A stretch of DNA of 28,963 bases from an uncultured Oscillospiraceae bacterium (lineage in GTDB: Bacteria > Bacillota > Clostridia > UMGS1883): contig CAYTWZ010000002.1 in assembly GCA_964442035.1 (NCBI GenBank), positions 2,211 to 31,173 of the forward strand, read 5' to 3'. Shown here in pieces: positions 1 to 7,034 of this stretch (within the stretch, counting starts at the first letter, position 1; every line of letters begins with the position of its first letter). The notes under the pieces were generated by a model. That model had not been told where the DNA came from and did not search any database. It saw only the letters and a program-made list of their open reading frames with translations. A program made the translations under genes and the position numbers.

Positions 1-15
1 TTAAAAATATATCAG

Positions 16-46
16 AAAAAAGCAGTCCCTTAGGGATTGCTTTTTT
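16..46 (+). terminator. Intrinsic terminator hairpin (AAAAAGCAGTCCC-TTAG-GGATTGCTTTTTT) ending an upstream plus-strand transcript that lies outside the window.
   Basis: GC-containing stem of about 8 bp with one G-U pair. It is extended by an A6/T6 flank and followed by a T6 tract at 41-46. Confidence 0.5.
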
Positions 47-108
47 CATTGATATATGGTAAAATATTCATAATGAACATCACAAAACAAAGACAGCGGG
101 GAGAACAG

Positions 109-816
109 ATGGAGAACACGCTTAAGGTCATAGCCAGAATACACACCGATTTTCCCGAAAAATTCGGTATACCACGCCAAAGCGGACTTGTGCCGGAAGT
201 AGAGGGACGTATCGTTTTTGAACCGTCGTTCAGAAATCCTCAGGCTCTCTTGGGCATTGAGGAGTATTCCCATATTTGGCTGTTGTGGGACTTTTCCCTT
301 GCGCATACTGAGGATTTCCGCCCTACTGTGTACCCTCCCCGGCTTGGGGGTAAGGTGAAAAAGGGCGTTTTTGCCACAAGGTCACCGTATCGGCCCAATT
401 CAATAGGACTGTCCTGCGTCAGGCTGGAAAGGGTGGAGCATGGGCTTGAGGGCCCTGTCCTTGCGGTAAGCGGGGCGGATATGCTGGACGGAACACCAAT
501 ATATGACATCAAACCGTATCTCCCTTATGCGGACAGCCGCCCGGAGGCATCAGGCGGCTTTGGACAGGAGCATATGAATGACGCGATAGCTGTGGACTTT
601 CCTCCGGATATGCTTGAGCTTTTGCCCCAAAGCAAGCGCTCCGCGGCACTTAAGGTGCTGGGACAGGACCCCAGAGCGGCATATAACAAGGGCGATGGCT
701 ATGTTTACGGAATGGAGTTTGCGGGCTTTGATATACGCTTCAGGGTAAAGGACGGACTTCTGACAGTATGCGGAGTTGTGGAAAGCACTCATGGGCAGTG
801 GGATAAGATCAAGTGA
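109..816 (+). CDS. tsaA: tRNA (adenine37-N6)-methyltransferase TsaA/TrmO (YaeB family) with C-terminal extension domain.
   Basis: The translation MENTLKVIARIHTDFPEKFGIPRQSG...HIWLLWDFS...GVFATRSPYRPN...GTPIYDIKPY matches the TsaA/YaeB family fold motifs. A GGGGAGAA RBS precedes the ATG at 109. The track ORF starts at 37, but the upstream Met codons lack an RBS. Confidence 0.8.
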   Translation: MENTLKVIARIHTDFPEKFGIPRQSGLVPEVEGRIVFEPSFRNPQALLGIEEYSHIWLLWDFSLAHTEDFRPTVYPPRLGGKVKKGVFATRSPYRPNSIGLSCVRLERVEHGLEGPVLAVSGADMLDGTPIYDIKPYLPYADSRPEASGGFGQEHMNDAIAVDFPPDMLELLPQSKRSAALKVLGQDPRAAYNKGDGYVYGMEFAGFDIRFRVKDGLLTVCGVVESTHGQWDKIK

Positions 817-820
817 GGTA

Positions 821-2200
821 ATGAATTTTATGATTGAAAAGCTTAAGGGTCTGTACAAGCAGTATCGGGAGCTTATTGCATATGTTATCGTTGGGGGAAT
901 GACTACAGCGGTCAATCTGGCGGTGTATTGGCTGGACAAGGAAATACTGGGCATCAGCCGCGATCCCAATGTGGTGATCGCGTGGATCGCATCGGTGATA
1001 TTTGCTTATTTTACAAATGCGCTGATCGTTTTCCGCAGCAAAAATACCGGCAGGATAAAGGAGTTTTTAAGGTTTGTGAGCAGCCGTTTGGCGTCGCTGG
1101 CGCTGGAGCTTGTGCTGATGAAGGTGTGCAATGACTTTATCGGTCTAGGAGAATGGTTGTCAAAGTACATTGTGGCAGTTGCTGTAATAGTCGCCAATTA
1201 TGTGTTGAGCAAGCTGTGGGTCTTTGCCAAACGGGAGACGGGGACTAAAAAAATGGGAAGCGCGGAAGATAAGGGCGTTATTCTTACAAAAAGCTGGGTG
1301 GTTTGCGCTCTGGCTTTTGTCTGCTGCGCACTTTGGGGCAGCGCCTTCCCTTGTGTAAAGATCGGCTACAGCCTGTTTGAAATATCGGCCTCCCACGTTG
1401 CGTCGCAGGTGCTTTTTGCCGGTGTGCGTTTCACTTTGGCGGGGGTGATGACCGTTATTATAGCCAGTATAGGGCAAAAACGACTTGTTTACCCCAAAAA
1501 CGCCGGAGAGGTAAGGGGAGTATTTAAGCTTTGTCTTTTTCAGACAGTTATACAGTATATTTTCTTTTACATAGGACTTGCCAGAACAGACGGGGTGAAA
1601 AGCTCCATCATTGAGGCATCCAACGTTTTTGTAGCCATACTTATTGCGGCGCTTGTATTTAAGATCGAAAAGCTGACAGCGGTCAAGGTGATAGGCTGCA
1701 TTGTGGGCTTTGCCGGAGTTGTGCTGATAAACTTAGGCAGCGGCGGCTTTGACGCCAGCATGAGCCTGCTGGGCGAGGGATGTATTTTCCTGTCTACGTT
1801 TTCCTATGCAATTTCCTCTGTGGTAATGAAGTCTTACTCCCAAAAATACGATACCGTGATGATGAGCGGGTGGCAGTTCCTTTTGGGCGGAGTGATACTT
1901 ACCTTGGCCGGACTTGCTTTTGGGGGAGGACTGCCGGTGGTATCATCTCAGGGACTGGCTATGCTTTTTTATCTGGCCTTTGTGTCGGCGGCGGCTTATT
2001 CACTTTGGGCGGTCCTGCTCAAGTACAATTCCGTGTCCAGAGTGTGCGTGTACGGCTTTATGAATCCTATATGCGGAGTTCTGCTTTCCACCTTGCTGCT
2101 TAATGAAAGGGGAAGCTTCGGACTTAAGGGACTTGTATCGCTGGCACTGGTTTGTATCGGCATATACATCGTAAACCGTCAGGAAGCAAAATTATGTTGA
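821..2200 (+). CDS. In-frame fusion of a GtrA-family small membrane protein (N-terminal, about 140 aa) and a 10-TM EamA/DMT-superfamily transporter (C-terminal).
   Basis: N-terminal KQYRELIAYVIVGGMTTAVNLAVYWL...KLWVFAKRE is GtrA-like. From MGSAEDKGVILTKSWVVCALAF onward there are two EamA-like repeats. No stop codon separates the domains. An internal GGGAGACGGGGA SD followed by ATG at 1253 lies just after an A7 tract. The start could alternatively be the ATG at 830. Confidence 0.6.
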   Translation: MNFMIEKLKGLYKQYRELIAYVIVGGMTTAVNLAVYWLDKEILGISRDPNVVIAWIASVIFAYFTNALIVFRSKNTGRIKEFLRFVSSRLASLALELVLMKVCNDFIGLGEWLSKYIVAVAVIVANYVLSKLWVFAKRETGTKKMGSAEDKGVILTKSWVVCALAFVCCALWGSAFPCVKIGYSLFEISASHVASQVLFAGVRFTLAGVMTVIIASIGQKRLVYPKNAGEVRGVFKLCLFQTVIQYIFFYIGLARTDGVKSSIIEASNVFVAILIAALVFKIEKLTAVKVIGCIVGFAGVVLINLGSGGFDASMSLLGEGCIFLSTFSYAISSVVMKSYSQKYDTVMMSGWQFLLGGVILTLAGLAFGGGLPVVSSQGLAMLFYLAFVSAAAYSLWAVLLKYNSVSRVCVYGFMNPICGVLLSTLLLNERGSFGLKGLVSLALVCIGIYIVNRQEAKLC

Positions 2201-2224
2201 CATTGGCGCGTTTTGGTGTATAAT
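2197..2224 (+). promoter_or_regulatory. Consensus sigma-A promoter for the cps-like operon: TTGACA-16 nt-TGTATAAT. The -35 overlaps the stop codon of the upstream gene.
   Basis: TTGACA at 2197-2202 and TATAAT at 2219-2224, preceded by TG. The downstream leader to the ATG at 2368 is about 135 nt. Confidence 0.6.
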
Positions 2225-2290
2225 TAAAGTAAGGGATTTTTGAATAATTTGCGCTTGCGGCTTAGAACAACTCTTGAGGTTATTTTACTT

Positions 2291-2362
2291 ACAATCAGCG
2301 TTTTAGAATTAATCAGGGCTTCCTTAGGATAAATTATAGGGAAAATTATTCCGGGAGATGAT
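2291..2362 (+). promoter_or_regulatory. Conserved leader block, copy A: ACAATCAGCGTTTTAGAATTAATCAGGGCTTCCTTAGGATAAATTAT...GGGAAAATTATTCCGGGAGA. It contains the AATCAG(N11)AATCAG motif.
   Basis: About 70 nt are homologous to 24603-24680 (GAATTAATCAGRGCTTCCTT is 19/20 identical, plus GGGAGAAAAATCTTATTCC/GGGAAAATTATTCC). The 25-nt core recurs at 24476-24508 on the minus strand and at 27708-27731. Confidence 0.5.
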
Positions 2363-2367
2363 AATTT

Positions 2368-3675
2368 ATGGATGAGTATATGGATGAACTTGACGAAACA
2401 ACTATTGATATAAAGAAAATATTTTTGGTTTTGTTTAAAAGTATGCCGGTGATACTTATTGTGACGCTTGTCTGCGGGGCTGCGGCCTATATTTACAGCA
2501 GCCGCTTCATGACTCCGGTATACTCTGCCCGGGTGCGTCTGTACGTAAACAATCAGCAGGGAGATTCGCAGAAAGTGCAGAACTCAGATATCGCAACGGC
2601 CAATTCCCTTGTGCACGGATATGTGGCAATGATAACTACTGACAAGGTACTTCAGGAGGTAGCCTCCAATATCAATCTGGACTATTCAGCCGAACAGCTG
2701 GCATCCATGATAAGCGCCGAGGGTATTGAGGACACGTCTGTGTTTGTGGTGACGGTTCGAAGCACCAACCCACAGCATGCCCAGCAGATCGCCAATGTTG
2801 TTGCAGAAACAGCACCTCCCCTTATACAGGATATCGTCAAGGGTAGCACTGAGATCATTGACCGGGCAAGCCTACCAAAAACACCGGACTCACCCAATGT
2901 TCTTAAGATCAGCCTTATCGGTATGATCATAGGCTTTGCCGCCGGGGTAGTCGGGGTACTTCTGAAGGACAAATTTGACGTTCGGGTCAAAAGCAGTGCC
3001 ATACTTACTGAAAAATTTGATCTGCCTGTGCTGTCTGAGGCCGATAGCTGCGCCGATGATCCTCTTGAGGGCGGCGAAGCCTACAAAAGGATCAATTCCG
3101 GCATTCGGTTTTCACTTCCAAGACGAAAATGCCGGGTTATTGGTGTAACAAGTGCTGTTAACGGTGAAGGAAAAAGTTTTACCGCATCCCGTATGGCTGC
3201 GGAAGCTGCCCGTGCAGGAAATAAAACCCTGCTTATAGATGGTGACATGAGTGGTCATGGCTTAGGTGCGGCATTTGGTTTTGACAAAGGTAATGGACTG
3301 AGCAATGTTATCGCCGGGGATGAGAACTGCGAAGCAGCGGCATTGCATACAGCTGTCAGCAAGAACCTTGATGTAATAACAGGGGGAGATATTCCGCCTA
3401 ATCCGGAGGAGCTGCTTGCCAGCCCCGAAATGAAGTCTATTGTTGAAGGCTATAGGAATGATTACAGCTATATTATAATAGACATGCCTCCCGTGTCTCG
3501 GCAGACAGCGGAAGCGGCAGCCTCTGCAATGGATGGGATAGTCATGGTGGTGCGCGCACGCAAAACCGGCGCTGATGTGATTTCCGATGCATTGAAGTGG
3601 CTTGCCGACGCGGGTGCAAAAAATCTTGGCTTTGTATTCAATGACCCTGTCAAAACCAATGATTTAAAAGGATAA
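2368..3675 (+). CDS. Fused polysaccharide co-polymerase (Wzz/CpsC-like) and BY-family tyrosine kinase (CpsD/Wzc-like). It lacks a C-terminal Tyr cluster.
   Basis: N-terminal Wzz/chain-length determinant domain with two TM segments (MPVILIVTLVCGAAAYIY...; ISLIGMIIGFAAGVVGVLL). Walker A GVTSAVNGEGKSF, Walker A' LLIDGDMSGHGL and Walker B YIIIDMPPV are present. The C-terminus ...FNDPVKTNDLKG contains no tyrosines. Confidence 0.8.
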   Translation: MDEYMDELDETTIDIKKIFLVLFKSMPVILIVTLVCGAAAYIYSSRFMTPVYSARVRLYVNNQQGDSQKVQNSDIATANSLVHGYVAMITTDKVLQEVASNINLDYSAEQLASMISAEGIEDTSVFVVTVRSTNPQHAQQIANVVAETAPPLIQDIVKGSTEIIDRASLPKTPDSPNVLKISLIGMIIGFAAGVVGVLLKDKFDVRVKSSAILTEKFDLPVLSEADSCADDPLEGGEAYKRINSGIRFSLPRRKCRVIGVTSAVNGEGKSFTASRMAAEAARAGNKTLLIDGDMSGHGLGAAFGFDKGNGLSNVIAGDENCEAAALHTAVSKNLDVITGGDIPPNPEELLASPEMKSIVEGYRNDYSYIIIDMPPVSRQTAEAAASAMDGIVMVVRARKTGADVISDALKWLADAGAKNLGFVFNDPVKTNDLKG

Positions 3676-3688
3676 AGTGAGGTACACT

Positions 3689-4417
3689 ATGGACTATAAG
3701 CTGATTGATTTTCATACACATATTCTGCCCGGCATTGACGATGGAAGCAAAAATGCGGAAACGTCGGTCAAAATGCTCAAAAGACTGGAAGAACAGGGTG
3801 TAAGCGATGTTGTACTAAGCTCCCACTTTTACGCCTCCCAGAACAGCATTGAGGAATTTGCACTCCGGCGAGAAAAAAGCCTCGGCCGTCTTTTGGAAGA
3901 GCTTGATAAGACTCCCGTAAATATCAGGCTTCACCTTGGGGCGGAGATATTGTTCATGGATTACATTGACCGGGTAGAGGGCCTTAGTGAGCTTGCCATA
4001 GGCAAAACCAAATATATTCTGTTGGAGATGCCCTTTGTCAAGTGGAGCGAAAGGATGCTGGGAACAGTCTACAAGGTCATAGGCAACGGCTACATTCCTG
4101 TTATTGCCCACTTTGAGCGCTACATTCCCATACAGGGAAAGCTGGATTATATATATGAGCTAAAACGTATGGGCTGCATACTTCAGATGAATGCCGGCAA
4201 TTTTAAAGGCTTTTTCCGGAAGGGGAAGGCGTTGAAGTTTTTTGAAGATAATACTGCATCGCTTTTAGGAACAGACTGCCACAATCTGGACAGCCGACCT
4301 CCCGAGCTGAAGGCGGCCTATGAAGCAATAGGCCAGAAGCTTGGGGAAGATGAACTTCGGCGCATAAGCGCTGTAGGGGAAAAAATCCTCGAAAATTCCC
4401 GGACAGTGTATAACTAA
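3689..4417 (+). CDS. CpsB/YwqE-type PHP-family protein-tyrosine phosphatase (manganese-dependent).
   Basis: The N-terminus MDYKLIDFHTHILPGIDDGSKN is the hallmark of CpsB. An AAGTGAGGT RBS lies 5 nt upstream of the ATG at 3689. The track ORF begins at an in-frame GTG at 3677. Confidence 0.8.
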   Translation: MDYKLIDFHTHILPGIDDGSKNAETSVKMLKRLEEQGVSDVVLSSHFYASQNSIEEFALRREKSLGRLLEELDKTPVNIRLHLGAEILFMDYIDRVEGLSELAIGKTKYILLEMPFVKWSERMLGTVYKVIGNGYIPVIAHFERYIPIQGKLDYIYELKRMGCILQMNAGNFKGFFRKGKALKFFEDNTASLLGTDCHNLDSRPPELKAAYEAIGQKLGEDELRRISAVGEKILENSRTVYN

Positions 4418-4525
4418 ACGAAAGATGTCCCCCGTTGGCGGGCGATCCTTTCGTTTTCGGGGAGATCAATCTCCCACCGAAAACGCCCCATGACGGGCTT
4501 TCAGCCCTTATTGAACTAAAAACAG
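4409..4525 (+). ncRNA. Candidate structured cis-regulatory RNA (riboswitch-like or intercistronic element), copy 1. It runs from the cpsB stop codon to just upstream of the RBS of the 4578 membrane-protein gene.
   Basis: Paralogous to 25391-25510, sharing TATAACTAAACGAAAGATGT, CCTTTCGTTTT(T)CGG, GGGA.ATCAATCTC, CGAAAACG/GAAACG and GGGCTTTCAGCCCTTATTG. Two mutually exclusive hairpins are possible: AAACGAAAG/CTTTCGTTT, and CGTTTTCGG/CCGAAAACG enclosing GGAGA-TCAA-TCTCC. A short GC hairpin followed by TTATTG follows. Confidence 0.5.
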
Positions 4526-4577
4526 GAGAACATTCGGTGGGAGAAAGGCTTTGTATTTTTAAAAGGAGGTATTTGAC

Positions 4578-5339
4578 ATGGGTGACGATTTTACCCTCAG
4601 TGACAAGCAAATTCGTGAAAACCGAAATCGGGAGTACCGCAAAGATCCGCCGGAGCTTATCTTAGTCATAATATGCGTGGCCGCTGTAGTGACGGGTGTG
4701 TTTTTCCCGGGGGAAATGTATGATTCGGTGTTTGGTACCGAGCTTATACTCAGCAATCTCATCCGCGTGTTCTTGGCTGTACTTGGTTTTATATTCGGAG
4801 TGCGAATTATTGTTCCTAACCATAAGATCACTTATATTTTTGGCGGAATAGTGATTCTTGTGTCCGTCATACTGGCCTTTTCTGCTACGCCTGAGGCCAT
4901 GATTGCGTTTGCGATGGGCTTCGCGTCTATGATCGTATCTGCGGCAAGACCGTCGGTGCTTGTAATTACGGCAGCTGCTGTGATACTTGTGGAAATAATA
5001 AAGCGGCTGTATATTATATTCGGCCCCGGACAAAAGGCTTCCCGTGGGGGAAAGGTATTGACCCGTGTATCTGCAATCTTGGGCGGGCTTTCCATATTTA
5101 TTGCGCTGCTGATGCCTATGGTCGATCAGGAGTATCCCGGCATGGCAACGGTCGTGCTTTGGATAGTTGGGCTGATATGCGCCGCCGGCGGGTTTATTAC
5201 AGGAGTTGTTGTAAAGCAGCCGTCATATAATACCGGGGACTGGCTCCGGCTCATAGCTTCAGCGGTGGGTATGGGAATACTGCTTTCCTGTATTACTACA
5301 ATATTCGGCCTCCCCGTGCTCGACTTTATGAGGTGGTAA
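4578..5339 (+). CDS. Polytopic membrane protein of unknown function (about 6 predicted TM helices).
   Basis: An AAAGGAGG RBS lies 8 nt upstream of the ATG. Hydrophobic segments are spread through the ORF and there is no recognisable family motif. It is preceded by leader element copy 1. Confidence 0.6.
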   Translation: MGDDFTLSDKQIRENRNREYRKDPPELILVIICVAAVVTGVFFPGEMYDSVFGTELILSNLIRVFLAVLGFIFGVRIIVPNHKITYIFGGIVILVSVILAFSATPEAMIAFAMGFASMIVSAARPSVLVITAAAVILVEIIKRLYIIFGPGQKASRGGKVLTRVSAILGGLSIFIALLMPMVDQEYPGMATVVLWIVGLICAAGGFITGVVVKQPSYNTGDWLRLIASAVGMGILLSCITTIFGLPVLDFMRW

Positions 5340-5427
5340 GGAATAATAAAAGACTTCCTTTCGGACTCTTGAGATAAGGTCTGAATTGAATACTAAAAAA
5401 CTTTGTTTATTAAGCCGCAAATGAACA

Positions 5428-5469
5428 GACCCCCAAAGGTTAGACCTGAAAATCTAACTTTTGGGGGTC
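5428..5469. terminator. Bidirectional hairpin (15-bp stem CCCCCAAAGGTTAGA / TCTAACTTTTGGGGG, 8-nt loop) between the convergent 4578 gene and ctpA.
   Basis: Near-perfect inverted repeat with one G-U pair. The U-tracts are weak on both strands. Confidence 0.5.
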
Positions 5470-5501
5470 ACGTCATCTGATAGGGAGTATTTTATTGCCT
5501 G

Positions 5502-7034
5502 TTATTTAAAATACGCCAGCGCTGTCTGCATCTGTATGTCAACTACCTTGTTCATATTGTATTCGTAGTCGTTCAGCGCCATGGCTGTGTAGAAATCTAC
5601 CTCACCGGTGATCTCGATTTCGCTGTACCGCTGGAATACCCTTACAGCCGCCTCAGTGCGGCTGTTGTATATTCCGTCCACTTCGCTGTCGGCCAGCAGC
5701 TTGAGGGCGTTAAGCCTTTGCTCCACCCCAAGCCTTGTGCTGTCGGACTCCAGCATGTCTGGGGCAAGTAATATGTCTGCAAAATCCTCCTCATTTACGG
5801 GAGAAACCTCGTTTTCAACCGCGTAATCCGGGGTAAGTCCTGTGCCGTGGATGCGCTGATCGGAGGGGCTGTAATATTCGCCTATCGTGAACTTCAGCCC
5901 GCTGCCTGTGGGGGTATGCATTATTACCTGCATACAGCCCTTGCCAAAGGTTTTGGTTCCCATCAGCTTTGCGGCATTGCGGCTTTGAAGAGCCATTGCC
6001 AGAAATTCGCTGGCGGATGCGGTGTTTTCGTTTACAAGCACCAGCATTTCGTAGCCCGGAGCGTTGTAGTTTTCGGAGTACAGATCCACATTGTTTGCTT
6101 CATCCCGATATTTGAGCTTGCCGATAATTCCGGCTGAGATCAGCTTACGGGCTACCTCAATGGCCGCGTCGATATCTCCGCCTCCGTTGTCCCTCAGATC
6201 GATTATAACATTGTTTATGCCCTGATTTTTGAGCTGGTCAATGTAGCCGTCAAAGTCCTCAGGCAGAGATGCGGTGAAGGAGTCAACATCGATGTAACCG
6301 ATTTTGCGCCCGGCCTCGTTTTCAATGATATCCATGGTGGAATGACTTTCGGTGACCTTTTGGCGTACAGCACGTACATACAAGAGCTCATCGCCGCGAA
6401 CAATGCCTATATCCACAAAGGTGCCTTCCTCGCCAATGATCAGCTCGCGTGTGGCGGCAGGCTCGTAATTGGAGGTGTCAACTCCGTCCACCGATACGAT
6501 CTGATCGCCTACCTGAATGCCGGCCATCTCGGCTGAGCTGCCGGAAAACACATTCTCGATAACTGTGCCGCCCTTTTGTATAGTCATAGTTACACCTATG
6601 CCGTAAAATGAGGCATTGTAGTAATCAAGCTGCTGGGAGTAGAGCTCGGGAGGGTAATACTCCGCATACTCATCCCCAAGGGTCTTTACCATAGTTTCAA
6701 GGGCAAGATCAATGTCAAACCGACCACCGTTGTCAATGGTGGCACAGATCACGTTGTAAAGCAGGTTTTCGTCAGACACTCCGTAATAGTAGTTGTCGGC
6801 CAAAAGGTGGGCGTAATCCCTGATAAGGTTCTTTTGGCGGAATGCGGAAAGGGCATTTTTGAGCTTGGGATTGTCACTCTCTATTTCTGTGCTTTCCGTA
6901 ATTGCTGGAGTATCCGCCTCGGCTTCTTCGGTAGCGGTAGGTGTGTTGACCTCCGTGCTTGCGGGGCTCTCGGCCAAGACAGGGGTAAAAATCAGCGTCA
7001 GCGCCAGCAGCAGTGATAAAAGTTTGTTTTTCAT
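5502..7034 (-). CDS. ctpA: S41-family C-terminal processing peptidase (CtpA/Prc-like). It has a signal peptide, a PDZ domain and a C-terminal peptidoglycan-binding-like domain.
   Basis: MKNKLLSLLLALTLIFTPVLA is a signal peptide. PDZ: GIGVTM...GSSAEMAGIQVGDQIVSVDG. Catalytic region: IIDLRDNGGG...TASASEFLAMAL...TFGKG. The C-terminal ...GVEQRLNALKLLA...AAVRVFQR resembles a PG-binding repeat. Confidence 0.8.
   Translation of the reverse strand: MKNKLLSLLLALTLIFTPVLAESPASTEVNTPTATEEAEADTPAITESTEIESDNPKLKNALSAFRQKNLIRDYAHLLADNYYYGVSDENLLYNVICATIDNGGRFDIDLALETMVKTLGDEYAEYYPPELYSQQLDYYNASFYGIGVTMTIQKGGTVIENVFSGSSAEMAGIQVGDQIVSVDGVDTSNYEPAATRELIIGEEGTFVDIGIVRGDELLYVRAVRQKVTESHSTMDIIENEAGRKIGYIDVDSFTASLPEDFDGYIDQLKNQGINNVIIDLRDNGGGDIDAAIEVARKLISAGIIGKLKYRDEANNVDLYSENYNAPGYEMLVLVNENTASASEFLAMALQSRNAAKLMGTKTFGKGCMQVIMHTPTGSGLKFTIGEYYSPSDQRIHGTGLTPDYAVENEVSPVNEEDFADILLAPDMLESDSTRLGVEQRLNALKLLADSEVDGIYNSRTEAAVRVFQRYSEIEITGEVDFYTAMALNDYEYNMNKVVDIQMQTALAYFK

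Noticed and set aside
4409-4525. Assigning the leader element to a known riboswitch class (c-di-GMP-I/II, glycine, ZTP, fluoride, guanidine-I, yybP-ykoY, c-di-AMP).
   Set aside because: I checked the hallmark conserved blocks of these classes by eye against both copies and found no convincing match. The class remains unassigned rather than excluded. A covariance-model search is needed.
4409-4525. Interpreting the paired elements as a mobile MITE/REP-type repeat.
   Set aside because: There are no terminal inverted repeats or target-site duplications. There are only two copies, both in the same orientation, and both sit precisely between a stop codon and a downstream RBS. That fits a cis-regulatory RNA better. 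The question is left open as the refutation test in the findings.
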